This document shows, piece by piece, positions 1-11,950 of a stretch of DNA of 64,000 nt. Made by a program: the position numbers and the translations under genes. Location of the stretch: the NCBI RefSeq assembly GCF_964194155.1, contig NC_135901.1, positions 26,722,001 through 26,786,000 of the forward strand. Reading direction: 5' to 3'. The DNA comes from Cetorhinus maximus (taxonomy: Eukaryota). The notes under the pieces are model-generated. The model was given only the letters and a program-made list of their open reading frames with translations, had not been told where the DNA came from and ran no database searches. Positions within the stretch are counted from its first letter, which is position 1. Every line of letters begins with the position of its first letter.

Positions 1-805
1 TGCAAGCTTTTACTCATCAAAAGAAACTAAGTGCTTGATATGCTAATGAGTAAACATAGATGCTGGCTTAGCATGTAAGGTGTGAAAGGAATTTGCATTT
101 TTAGATATACAGATGATGGGAGATTTGGATTTCAAAGGGATTTTAGTCTGTTTACAACCAGCCAGATAAGCAAGGTTAAGGAATGTGTTCATTTTTCCCA
201 AAGTTTACTGACAATAAATAGCAGCAACATAAAAGTTTATATATTGTGAGGAAGATACAGTTTCAAAGACATATGAAACAATAAAATTTACGTATTAAAA
301 GAGAGAAATGTATACAAAGGATGATGAGGCTACGTGCCAGGAGGAGACTCTGTGAGATTGAACAGAAGTGTGTGAAATAGCCTTAATGAAGCCTCCCACA
401 TTTGTGCATAAATCTGCTGTCTACTGAAACTGAAGCTGGAGAAAAGCCATTTGGAATTCCACTGTCCAGAGTATTGTGTTAATTTGTTGGATCTGTTTAA
501 AATCTAAAATGTATTTTTGGACCGTGGCCTTAAAGGGAGTGTAACTGGGAGTCAGGTTAATTAGGGATTCTAGGAATTACAGTAGTAGTTGTAGTCTTAT
601 GTATGTGCTTGACAGCTCTTATTTTGTTAATAAATATTTTAATTGAATTTTTTAAATGTCCAAAAGGCTTGGTGGGCTGATTACTTCTGAATTCAGAGCA
701 TGCATCTCGAAATAAATACAAATTACAAAACCATTGTGATAGCGCGCCCAAGTTTCCCTCGTGGATTTGGTCTGCCTGGCACACATCATCTGCCGCGTCA
801 CAACA
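1..805 (+). mobile_element. Gypsy-type LTR, 3' part (truncated by window edge)
   Basis: Reverse complement of ~660-805 aligns by eye with the LTR end at 58870-59010; ends in ...CAACA. Confidence 0.7.
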
Positions 806-1199
806 GGATGTGTGTGTGTGTGTGCAAGGGTAATTAAACTGGGGAGCTGGGGTAGGTTAGTAAAGATAGCTTGTCTGTGGGAACTGAGAGATGAAAGGTA
901 AAGGTGCTAGATGCACGCATTGGTCAAGAGAGGCTATGGTGAAGTTGGAATTACAAGTAAATAAGTTGGGTTTTAAAATTTGTATGAGGTAACAGGTAAG
1001 GACTTGACTTTTCGGCTGCCAAACTTCAAAAGGAGTTTAAGGGACTTTCACAACTTACAAAGCTTTCATAAGTAAACAAGGGAAGGTTATTAAATTTTAT
1101 TTCACCTGAAAGCGGAGGCAATAGGAAGACATAAAAGATTTTTATATTTTGGAAAAGTTGAACCATCTGCACCCAAACTACGTTAAACAATCAAATTAA

Positions 1200-1470
1200 A
1201 AACAAACGCACAGCCAGTCATGGAATTTAATTTAATGTTCGCTAATTAGCAATAAAACCCCAAGTAGGGGGTTCCCCCAGGATTCTTACAGTTCACACCT
1301 TGAGGGTGAGGAGTTCTCTCTCACCGACTCCTCACTCAAATCCGCTCTGTTATTTTCTAGTTTTGTTTTGACCCCACCTGGGGTAACATCTACTCGATCT
1401 TTTCTTCTCCTGAAGGAGTGCTGTGAGTTCTAGGTTACTCGTACATAAGGACACATGCTTCAAGCAACAA
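1200..1470 (+). repeat. Non-coding block with an inverted paralog at ~10339-10606
   Basis: Shared tracts such as GGGTAACATCTACTCGATCTTTTCTTCTCCTGAAGGAG and CCCCCAGGATTCTTACAG on opposite strands. Confidence 0.8.
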
Positions 1471-2431
1471 ATCAAGCATGGATGTAAAAGATTCTCCAGC
1501 TCTCTCTTCACCCCTATCTAACTTGTGGACAGTTCTTACCGAGTATTATTTCCCATGTTACTTTAAGTTTTTGACCACGACACGTGTGTTTAATTCTATC
1601 CTGATTGTTTTAAAGTCAGTTTTGCTATGGAGTATGCGCCAATGCTTTCACGATATCAAAACGTTGTTTCATTTCCCCGGCCGTGTAAACTATTTCATGT
1701 CACGGTGTTTGTCAATTAGCTGCACATCTTTGGGACCTGATCTTCAGTACAATTTCATCGTGCATTTACACGCTATTTGCTTCATACGTGACGTGACAAA
1801 TCGCATCTGCGCACTTGCACCAGTATTCCAATGTCATGCCGCATAGTCTTAACTTTCAGGTTTGCTTATCGAAAGATTGAAGCCTGTCTTTGTTTCCGTC
1901 TGTCCGTTCCGGTCCTGATATTTCAGGTAGTGGCCAGGCTTTCAAAGGTGGTTTTCTTCAAAACGAAGTTCATAGGCAAGGGTGCAAATATCTCCGAGAG
2001 AAAGCAATCAATTTATTCATCTCATCTACACATTCCAAACTTTCACTAGAATGCAGACCAGGTTCATATATATTCCATTGAACTACACCCAAGGTGCATT
2101 ATTCCAATTCCTTTACTGTCCAATACAATGTTTTCATAATATCTTCAAAACAGAAATCAAACATTCCCATTGAATTTCAGGTGTTGACATGTTTTGTTTG
2201 ATCATATATTTCCGATGTCAGGCTGGGCTTGTTCTCCTTGGGGAAAAGGAGGTTGCGGGGAAATCTGATAGAGGTGTACAGGATTATGACAGGTTTAGAT
2301 AAAGCGGACAAAATTCAGCTGTTCCTACTGACTGAGGGTACCAGGACTCAGAGACATAGACTTCAGGCAAGTTCGGTTCAAACCTGGATGTGATTAACAA
2401 CAGCAATAACAGCAGAATCCAACCCCTGTAA

Positions 2432-3022
2432 TCACTTGTGAACTCGCTGGTGTCTCAGCAGGTGGGCTGACCGAGTGAATCCCTTTCCACACACAGAGCA
2501 GGTGAATGGCCTCTCCCCAGTGTGAACTTGCTGGTGTCTCAGCAGGTGAGAGGAAGTAGTGAATCCCTTCCCACACTCAGTGCAGGTGAATGACCTCTCC
2601 CCAGTGTTAACTCGCTGGTGTCTCAGCAGTTGAGAGAAAGTAGTGAATCCCTTCCCACACTCAGAGCAGGTGAACGGCCTCTCTCCAGTGTGAACTCTCT
2701 GGTGTCTCTGCAGGCTGCATGACTGATTGAATCCCTTACCGCACACGGAGCAGGTGAACGGCCTCTCCCCAGTGTGAACTCTCTGGTGTCTCTGCAGGCT
2801 GCAGGACTGAGTGAATCCCTTTCCACACACGGAGCAGGTGAACGGTCTCTCCCCGGTGTGAACTCGCTGGTGTGTCAACAGGTTGATTGACTGAGTGAAT
2901 CCCTTCCCACACACGGAGCAGGTGAACGGCCTCTCCCCGGTGTGAATGTGTCGATGTGTTTGCAGCTCCGATGGAGACCGGTATCCCTTCCCACAGTCCT
3001 CACATATCCATGGTCTCTCCAT
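2432..3022 (-). CDS. C2H2 zinc-finger protein A, 196 aa, 7 fingers (finger 5 has His->Asn)
   Basis: ATG GAG AGA CCA at 3022 ([10 protein letters not shown]); tandem CxxC-x12-HxxxH with TGERPF linkers; last-exon acceptor TTTACAG|G, exon starts 3382. Confidence 0.9.
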   Translation of the reverse strand: MERPWICEDCGKGYRSPSELQTHRHIHTGERPFTCSVCGKGFTQSINLLTHQRVHTGERPFTCSVCGKGFTQSCSLQRHQRVHTGERPFTCSVCGKGFNQSCSLQRHQRVHTGERPFTCSECGKGFTTFSQLLRHQRVNTGERSFTCTECGKGFTTSSHLLRHQQVHTGERPFTCSVCGKGFTRSAHLLRHQRVHK

Positions 3023-4201
3023 GGTGCAGGTGTTCTTGTATATCTGTAGGTTTGGCAATCAATTGAAGCCTCGCCCATACACAGAACACATGTAGTATTT
3101 CTCCCCACTGTGAATGGTACGTTCTTTTTTCAGGCTGTGTAACTGGTTAAAGTTCCTTCCACAGTCATTGCTCTGGAACACTCTCACTCGGTATGTGTGT
3201 CTCGGTGCTTTTCCAGTCACACTAATGTTTAAAATCTTTTGAAGAAGACAGAAAAGACAAACATTTCTCCTTCTCGATTCAAAGGCCGATGATATTCGAC
3301 TCCCATGAATTGAGTGACTCCGTCAGATCTTGATGTGATGTTTTGAGAATTTTGTCTGCGAATCCTTTACCTTCTGGTAATCCTGTAAAAGGAGTTTTCA
3401 AAAGTCATCACTGTCAGTTCAGGACAGAAATTCAGAACAGGCAATTCTAGTTTCTATGGAACATTCCTTCTGCTCTCGTTCCCTTGAAATTATAAATCTT
3501 TGACCTATACACTCTCCCTCCATCTCACTCTGTTGTAGCAAATATACACTCTCCCAATTCTTCTGTAGTTGCTAACTCATGCTGGTTAACAGATCCATTT
3601 ACAGCGCTTCTCTCTCTTTTTGATATATATATGTATATGACTAAAAATTCATGTAATATAAACTGTATTACGTGGTACATGGGAGATGTGAGGAAGAACT
3701 TTATTTAGGCAGAATATGGTCATGTCCTGGAACTCGCTGCCTATGAAGATGGTCGAGGCAGAAATGATCAATCATTTTAACATAAAATTGGATGGGCACG
3801 CAAAGGAAATAAACTTCCAGGGCTATGGGGATTTAGAAGGAGAACTGGACTGACTGGAAAGCTCTACAGAGACTCAGCTTGGACTCAAGTTGCCAAAATG
3901 GACTCCTTCTGTGTCTTAACATCTCTATGTTTAGAAATGTATGCAGTACAATATTACTAGTCTAGAAATTAAATAAGTGTACTTAATTAGAGAGCTATAA
4001 ATAATATGCACCATACACACTAGACATATCTACAACCTATATTAATTTACTATCCCCTTAAATGTCAGCCATCTCCTGGGGAAACCGCCCCTTCAATTGT
4101 GAACATTAGGAAAGTGACCATCCTTTTAGACAAATAAACGTGTCAAGCTGAGAGAGCAAAGAATGTCAAAGTCTTTAAGAGAGAGAGATAACTGAGCCAA
4201 C

Positions 4202-4242
4202 CTTTCCAGAGTCTGCACCCTCCCTGGATTCACTTCCAGTTC
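4202..4242 (-). other. Non-coding micro-exon 2 of ZNF-A (41 nt); exon 1 donor at 4314
   Basis: TTTTGCAG|GAACTG...CTGGAAAG|GTTGG; homologous exons at 27737-27786, 39733-39782, 48659-48707. Confidence 0.7.
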
Positions 4243-4319
4243 CTGCAAAATCAACAATTTACCCCTAAAATTGAGACAAGAAATGGAAAGGAGGGGAAAC
4301 ATTGATTCCCTCACAGATG

Positions 4320-4790
4320 TAGCCTAGAGGAGGAAGTTTCAGACTGAGGCTCACAGTCCAACTTCCGCATTATGACGTCAACAGCGGAACCCTTCCTGCA
4401 TCAGCCAATCGGAATCACTCTGCTCCGCGGTGACGTCCTCGGGTCCCAGGCTGCAGGGCCAGGCGCGGGTCCCGCCCCCACCCATTGTCCCCCCTCCCCC
4501 TTCCACCTCCTCGAGCCAAGGTTTCCAGGCAACCGGCTTGACGGCTCCGGCCAGAGCGAGAAGCGGCGAACTTCCCCCCCCCCCACCACCACCCACCTCT
4601 CTCTCTCTCTATTGGTCAAAAATAAATCGAGCGCGACAGCTGGCGGCAGCCGCCACTGCGCCTGCTCCGGACGGCTCGGGGTGGGGGGGGGTGGTCAGCA
4701 GCGCTTTCTGCGCCTGCGCGCTGGGCTGCCAGCTGGTGGAGGAGGGGAAGAGACTTGACAAAATGTCTTCCCCATTTTCCTGCTAAATCT
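4320..4790. promoter_or_regulatory. CpG-rich bidirectional promoter of the ZNF-A/ZNF-B pair
   Basis: Perfect CRE TGACGTCA 4373-4380, ETS-like ACTTCCG, CCAAT boxes, GC box, NRF1-like TGCGCCTGCGC; paralog at 39855-40470. Confidence 0.75.
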
Positions 4791-5091
4791 TCCTCACACC
4801 CCCACCCCTGTATCTCTAATCAAGTGATACAATCCTCTATAGTACTCACAGTTTTTTGCCCAGTAATATAGATCTACATAGAGGCCAGCATGAAGATTTT
4901 CAGGTCTGTGTGCCCAGTGCAGAAGGCAGTCAGCATGGATCAGTCAATCAGCTTAAGTAGAATGGGGAGGGTGAATATTAGGGACAGCAGAGTAAGAATG
5001 GAGGGAGAGAGTGTGCGATGGAGATTTCCAGCTTTTGGGTGGGTGGGCGGGTGGAACGAGAGAGGAAATCATGTTTTATAAAAACTAGAAT

Positions 5092-5261
5092 ACCTGGAAA
5101 AACTCAGCAGGTCTGGCAGCATCTGCGGAGAGGAACACAGTTAACGTTTCGAGTCCGAATGACCCTTCAACGGAACTGTTCTGCCAGACCTGCTGAGTTT
5201 TTCCAGGTATTTTTGTTCTTGTTTTGGATTTCCAGCATCCGCAGTTTTTTTTGCTTTTTTC
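5092..5261. mobile_element. Penelope-like terminal fragment with inverted repeat
   Basis: Inverted arms CCTGGAAAAACTCAGCAGGTCTGGCAG / CTGCCAGACCTGCTGAGTTTTTCCAGG; 14-bp TSD ATAAAAACTAGAAT (5078-5091, 5262-5275); same family as 62720-62850. Confidence 0.75.
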
Positions 5262-5721
5262 ATAAAAACTAGAATTGCCTGCCCTGAATTTCTCTCCTGT
5301 ACTGACCGTGATGACTTTTGTCAACTCCTTTTGCAGGGCATTGGAAGAGGGCAATTGGCAAGTCAGAAATCTCCAAGGTAACGCCATGACCAGATCCGAC
5401 AGAGTCACTCGATTCATCAGGACCGGAATTTCATCAGCGTCCGCATCTACGAGGAGAAATGTTGGTCTGTTCTGCCTGCTTCAAAAGTCTTGAAAATCAG
5501 TGTGACTGGAAAAGCACCGAGACGCGTGCACACACACACACACACACACCCCCGGATTAGAGTGTTCCAGTGGACTGACTGAGGGGAAAGAGGTTTAACC
5601 AGTTAGACAGCCTGAAAAAAACATCGCACCATTCATAGTGGGGAGAAACTGTACACGTGTCCTGTGTGGAGACAAGGCTTCAACTGATTGTCCAACCTGG
5701 AGACACCAGGGCGTCCGCACC

Positions 5722-6396
5722 ATGGAGAAACCGTGGAAGTGTGAGGACTGTGGGAAGGGATTCCCATCCCCATCTGCACTGGAACCTCACCGACGCGTTC
5801 ACACTGGGGAGAGGCCGTTCCCCTGCTCTGTGTGTGGGAAGGGATTCAGTCAGTCTTCCCACCTGCTGACACACCAGCGAGTTCACACCGGGGAGAGGCC
5901 ATTCACCTGCTCTGAGTGTGGGAAGGGATTCAATAATTCATCCCACCTGCTGACACACAAGCGGGTTCACAGCGGGGAGAGGCCGTTCACCTGCCCTGAC
6001 TGTGGGAAGGGATTCAGTGATTCATCTACCCTGCGGAAGCACCAGCGAGTTCACACCGGGGAGAGGCCGTACACCTGCTCTGAGTGTGGGAAGGGATTCA
6101 TTCAGTCATCTCACCTGGTGACACACCAGCAGGTTCACACTGGGGAGAGGTCATTCACCTGCTCCATGTGTGGGATGGGATTCACTCAGTCATCACATTT
6201 GCTGAGGCACCAGCGAGTTCACACTGGGGAGAAGCCGTTCACCTGCTCTGAGTGTGGGAAGGGATTCAGTGATTCAAGCTCTCTACTGACACACCTGCGA
6301 GTGCACACAGGGGAGAGACCGTTCACCTGCTCCGTGTGTGGGAAGAGGTTCACTCAGGTGTCCAACCTGCTGAGACACCAACGAGTTCATAAGTGA
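5722..6396 (+). CDS. C2H2 zinc-finger protein B, 224 aa, 8 fingers
   Basis: ACC ATG GAG AAA CCG TGG at 5722; 8x28 aa; acceptor TTTTGCAG|G, exon starts 5337. Confidence 0.9.
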   Translation: MEKPWKCEDCGKGFPSPSALEPHRRVHTGERPFPCSVCGKGFSQSSHLLTHQRVHTGERPFTCSECGKGFNNSSHLLTHKRVHSGERPFTCPDCGKGFSDSSTLRKHQRVHTGERPYTCSECGKGFIQSSHLVTHQQVHTGERSFTCSMCGMGFTQSSHLLRHQRVHTGEKPFTCSECGKGFSDSSSLLTHLRVHTGERPFTCSVCGKRFTQVSNLLRHQRVHK

Positions 6397-6689
6397 TTAC
6401 AGGGGTTGGATTCTGCAGTTGTTGTTGCTTTTAATCACCTCCAGGACTAAACCATGTTCATTGTGACACTTGGTGAAGTGGGAGGGTCAGAGGGTTTCTT
6501 TCTGCTGGGCTGGCTGGTCTCACAACTTTGCTTCCAGTGGCTGATGCTCTTTGAGCCTGGGAGTGCACATTTCCACAAAAGCTGATGAAGGACATTTATT
6601 TTATCCTGAACAGTAAACAGTGTTTTTCCTACCACTACAGGTAGATCACAAATAAATACATTTGTCTCTGTTCCATTGAGTCTACAGCA

Positions 6690-7750
6690 CAGGGCCAGGC
6701 CAGTCAGCACGATTGCTCTATGTAAGTATTTACGCTCCACATGAGCCTCCACCCACCCCTTTTCATCTCCTCCATCAGCATATCCTTCTATTTCTATATC
6801 CCTCGTGTATGTATCTAGCTTCTCCTTAAATATATTCATGCTATTCACCACAACCACTCGCTGTGGTAGTGAGTTCCACATTCTCACCACTCGCTGGGTA
6901 AAGAGGTTTCTCATGAAATCCCTATTGGATTATTGAACCCCTTCATCATCTTAAAGACTTCCATCAGGTCACCCTTCAGTCTTCTCTTTTCCAGAGAAAA
7001 GCAGCCCGAGCCTTTCCTGAGGGTTAAATGCTCTCAGTTCTGGTATTATTCTTGTGAATCTTTGTTGCCCCTTCTCCAATTCCTCTATTTCCTTTTCCTA
7101 AATGGAGATCACAAATGTTGACAGTACTCCCAGTGTAGTCTAACCATGGTTCTAAACAAGTTGAACATAAACTCCCTGCTTTTCAATTCTATCCCTCCAG
7201 AATGGAACCCTATATATGGGCCCCACACTTTAGGAAAGATGTGAAGTGCTCAGAGAGGATGCAGAGGAGATTTACGAGAACGGCACCAGGTATGAGAGAC
7301 TTCAGTTAGTAGGAGAGTCTGGAGCAGCTGAAATTGCTTTCTTTTGATCACAGAGTATTAGGGTAGAGAAGGAGGCCATTTGGCCCATCGAATACATGCC
7401 AGCTGTCAATAGAGCATACTGGTCAGTCCCATTCTATTCCTGTTACCCTGCAAGTATATTTCTCTCAACTCTCAAGTGTTCAACTAATTTCCTTTTGAAA
7501 TCGTTCATCATCTCTGCTTCCACCGCCCTCTAAGGCAGTGAGTTCCAGGTCATTGCCACTCACTGTGTAAAAATGTTCTTCCTCACATCATCCCTACATC
7601 TCCTGTCCAGAACCTTAAACCTGTGCCTCCTTACCCTTGTATCATCAACGAATGGGAACAGCTTTTCTCTGTCCACCTTATCTAAACCTGTCATAACCTT
7701 GTACACCTCTATCAAATCTTCTCTCAACCTCCTTCGCTCCTCGTAGAGCC
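6690..7750. mobile_element. Old CR1 fragments in the ZNF 3' flank, co-duplicated with the gene
   Basis: RNLFTQRVVRMWNSLP; near-identical fragments at 24890-25265 and 36760-37420 at the same position relative to the ZNF stop codons. Confidence 0.8.
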
Positions 7751-8444
7751 ACTCAACCTGACATCTGAAATAAAGAACAAACAAAATATGTTAATACCTG
7801 AAATCATCTGGGGATGCTTATTTTCTGTTCTGAAGTTATGATAAAAATATTGTACTTGACAGTAAAGGAACTGGAATAGCTCAACGAGAGTGTAGTTCAA
7901 TGGAATTTCTCAATCTGGTACCCATATACATTGTGGTGGATTCAAGAAAGTGCAGAGACGAATCAGTTGATAGATTTCAATTGGAAAGTTCTGTATCCTT
8001 TACTTTTTTTTGATATAGAAAAACACATTTGAAAGCGTATCTGCACCCCGGCTCTCCAAATGAGTATTATGACTTAGTGCCATTGCCCTGCCTTTTCCCC
8101 ATACCCTTGCACATTGTTTCTATTCAAATAATCATCTAATGTCCTCTTGAATGCCTTGATTGAACCTGCCTCCACCACACTTCCAGGCAAAGCATTCCAG
8201 ACCCGAGCCACGCATTGCGTGAAGTATCAGGGCCATACTGGGGCAGATCAGCGAAGGTTTTGAGACTCTCACCCACTTTGACCTTTTGATGAGATCACCT
8301 GAAAGTGAAGAACATGTGGCGTGATTTTGGGACGCCGGTGTGAATGTGCAGCTGTGATTTGTTGCATGTGGAGCAACGAACACGGGGAAATGCACACTGA
8401 ACCTGCACTGCAGAACGGGTCCCGGACATGCGCAGCTCCTTGAC

Positions 8445-8658
8445 TTTTTTTTTTTGCAAAAATATACTTTATTCACAAAATATCTTCAACAACATTTCAA
8501 ACCATTTCAAAATCACCAACACAAAAATACAATCAGGTTCAACTTTTACAACGTGTATCACGAAATGCATTGATACAAAAAAATGAATATTACAATCATT
8601 TGCAGACATTCATTTTGAGCTGTACAGCCTGAGGGGATTTAAACAGTTCCCAGCCCCA
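8445..8658 (-). mobile_element. 5'-truncated Tx1/L1-clade 3' UTR with poly(A)
   Basis: Matches 47169-47375; 20-bp TSD GACAT(G/A)CGCAGCTCCT(T/C)GAC at 8425-8444 and 8659-8678. Confidence 0.8.
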
Positions 8659-8798
8659 GACATACGCAGCTCCTCGACACCCAGCATGACATGAAATGGT
8701 TCATGTGGGGCCTGGGCACTGAGACAACATTTTGACGTCACCAAGGCACTGACACACACCCCAAGGAGAAACTGACTTTAAAAACAATCAAGAGAGAA

Positions 8799-9805
8799 TT
8801 GCAGCTCTGGAATCCGCGTTATAGGAAGGATGTGATTGCACTAGAGAGAGTGGAGAGGAGATTTACCAGGATGTTGCCTGGGCTGGAGAGTTTTAGTTAT
8901 GAGGGGAGATTGGATAGACTGGGGTTATTTTTAATTGGTGGGGTGGTAAATAATGAGGAGGATAGCCTTAGATTACAGGAGGATATAGACAGGCTGGTCA
9001 GATGGGCTAATCAGTGGCAAATAGAAGTTAATCCGGATAACTGTGAGGTGATGCACTTGGGCAGGACAAACAAGGCACGGGAATACACGATGAATGGTAG
9101 GACCCTGGGAAGTACCGATGATCAGAGGGACCTTGGTGTGCATGTCCACCGGTCCCTTAAGGTAGCGGAACAGGTGGAAAAGGTGGTTTAAGAAGGCATA
9201 TGGGATACTTGCTTTCATTAGCCGAGGCATAGAATATAAGAGCAGGGAGGTTATGCTGGAACTATATAAAATGCTGGTTAGGCCACAGCTAGAGTATTTC
9301 GTGCAGTTCTGGAATCCGTATTATAGGAAGGATGTGATTGCACTGGAGAAAGTGCAGAGGAGATTTACCAGGATGTTGCCTGGGCTGGAGAGTTTTAGTT
9401 ATGAGGAGAGATTGGATAGACTGGGGTTATTTTCTCTGGAGCAGAGGAGATTGAGGGGGGACAAGATTGAGGTGTGTAAAATTATGAGGGGCATAGGTAG
9501 AGTAGACAGGAAGGAACTTTTCCCCTTGGTGGAGGGATCAATAACCAAGGGGCATAGATGTAAGGCAAGGGGCAGGAGGTTTAGGGGGGATGCGAGGAAG
9601 AATTTTTTCACCCAGAGGGTGGTGGGAATCTGGAACTCACTGCCTGAAAGGATGGTAGAGGCAGAAACCCTCATAACATTGAAGAAGTTTTTGGATGTGC
9701 ACTTGCGGTGCCAAGGCATACAAGGCTATACTTGTTTGACTGGTGCAGACTCGATGGGCCGAAGGATCTTTTTCTGTGCTGTAGACCTCTATGACTGTGA
9801 CTATG
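8799..9805 (+). mobile_element. CR1 LINE ORF2 3' portion (composite, degenerate)
   Basis: LVRPQLEYFVQFWNP, RRLRGDKIEV, FFTQRVVGIWNSLP; CTATGA-type tail. Confidence 0.9.
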
Positions 9806-9887
9806 AGAATTAAACACACTGGTCATGGTCAGTAAAATGGATAAAAGTTTGGGTTGGGACAGTTAAAAGGCTTGGGAGAAATAATAA

Positions 9888-11950
9888 GACCATAAGACGT
9901 AGGAGCAGAAGCAGGCCATTTGACCCATTGAGTCTGCTCCACCGTTCAACGAGATCATGGCTGATCAGATAATCCTCAACTCCGCTTTCCTGCCTTTCCC
10001 CCATAACCCTTGATTCCCTTACTGATTTAAAATCTGTCTATCTCAGCCTTGAATATATTTAATGACCCAGCCTCTACAGCCCTCTGCGGTAAAGAATTTC
10101 ACAGATTCACTACCCACTGAGAGAAGAAATTTCTCCTCTTCTCTGTTTTAAATGGTTGCAACCCTTTACTCTGAGATTACGGCCCTAGACTCTCCCACAC
10201 GGGGAAACAACCTCTCAGTGTCTACCCTGTCAAGCCCCCTAAGCATCTTATATGTTTCAATACTCGATAGGAACTGTCCACAAGTTGGATAGGGGTAAAG
10301 GGAGAGAGCTGGAGAATCTTGTACACCCCGGCGTGATCTGTTGCTTGAAGCATATGTCCTTATGCATGAGTAACTTAGAACTCACGGCGCTCCTTCAGGA
10401 GAAGAAAAGATCGAGTAGATGTTACCCTAGGTGGGGCCTGAATAGAAGTGGAAAATAACAGCGGAATTGAGTGGTGGGTCGGAGAGACAATACTCGTCCC
10501 CCTCAAGGTGTGGACTGTAAGAATCCTGGGGGTCCCCCTCCTTCAGGTTTTCTTGCTAATTAGCAAACATTACATTCTATGACTGGCTGTGCATTTATTT
10601 TTAATTTGGTTGTTACACTCCTCCTGTTTCTATCCCTGTTGTGATTACGCTCTGGGTAAGGATGGTTGACAGGTGACAGAATAGGAAACCATGATTTGGG
10701 TCTTCATGGACCAAATGTTTTATTGACCTGAAAGGTGTAAAAGGAACATGCAAACAAGGAGCAGGAGCAGGCCATTCGGCCCTTTGAGCCTGCTCTGCCA
10801 TTTAATAGGATCATGGCTGACCTCGTAGTAACCTGAACTCTGCGTCCTGCCTACCCCCGATAGCCTATCACCCCCTTGCTTACCAAGAATCTATCCGCCT
10901 CTGCCTTAAAAATATTCAAGGCTCTGCTTCCCCCGCTTTTTCAGGAAGAGAGTTCCAAAGTCTCAGAGCCCTCAGAGAAAAGGTTTTGCCTCATCTCCAT
11001 TTTAAATGGGCGACCCCTTAATTTTAAACAGTAACCACGAGTTCTAGACTCTCCCACAAGAGGAAACATCCTCTCAACATCCACCCTGTCAAGACCCCTC
11101 AGCATCTTATAAGTTTCAATCGAGTTGCCTCTTACTCTTCTAAATTCCAGCGGATACAGGCCCGGCCTGTCCAACCTTTCCTCATGAGACAACCTTGCCC
11201 ATTCCGGGTATTAGTCTGGTAAACCTTCTCTGAACTGCTTCCAACACATCTACCTCCTTCCTTAAGTAAGGTGACCAATACTGTACGCAATCCTAGTGCT
11301 CTGTACAACTGAAGCATAACCTCCCTACTTTTGTATTCAATTTCCTCACAATAACTGTTAACATTCACAGAATCACAGAATTTTAACGGCACAGGAGGAG
11401 GCCATTCAGCCCATCATGTCTGCACCCCGGCTCTCCAAATGAGTATTATGACCTAGTGCCATTGCCCTGCCTTTTCCCCATACCCTTGCACATTGTTTCT
11501 ATTCAAATAATCATCTAATGTCCTCTTGAATGCCTCAATTGAACCTGCCTCCACTACACTTCCAGGCAATGCATCCCAGACCCGAACCATTTGTTTTTCT
11601 CACATCACATTTGCTCCTTTTGCAAATCACTTTAAATCTGTGATCTTTAAAGCTTCAGATCTCCCTAACTACTCTGTCCAGCTCCCTGATGATTTTGAAC
11701 ATCTCCATCAAATCTCCTCTTAGCCTCCTCCTCTCCAAGGAGAACAGTCCCAACCTCTTCAATCTCCGTAACTGAAGTTTCTCATCCCTGGAACCATTCT
11801 CGTAATCCTCTTCTGCACTCTCTCCAATGCGTTCACATCCTTCCTATAATGTGACGCCCAGAACTGTACACAATACTCTCGCTGAGGTCTAACGAGTGTC
11901 TTATATAAATTCAGCATAACCTCCTTGCTTTTGTACTCTATGCCCCTATT
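9888..11950 (-). mobile_element. Several 5'-truncated CR1 3' ends (about 9888-10260, 10745-11365, 11366-11950)
   Basis: CR1 ORF2 C-terminal translations and 3' tails with short repeats (e.g. CACAGAAT). Confidence 0.8.

Noticed and set aside
4372-4786. ORFs over CpG promoters (also 39888-40352)
   Set aside because: GC-rich, stop-poor sequence with low-complexity translations
5638-5721. GTG/TTG-extended N-termini in the ORF track for ZNF-A, B and F
   Set aside because: They are decayed finger sequence in inconsistent frames; the shared ATG of MEKPW is the consistent start
6400-7350. ZNF copies arising by retroposition
   Set aside because: Paralogs share introns, promoters and old CR1 fragments in their flanks, indicating DNA-level duplication
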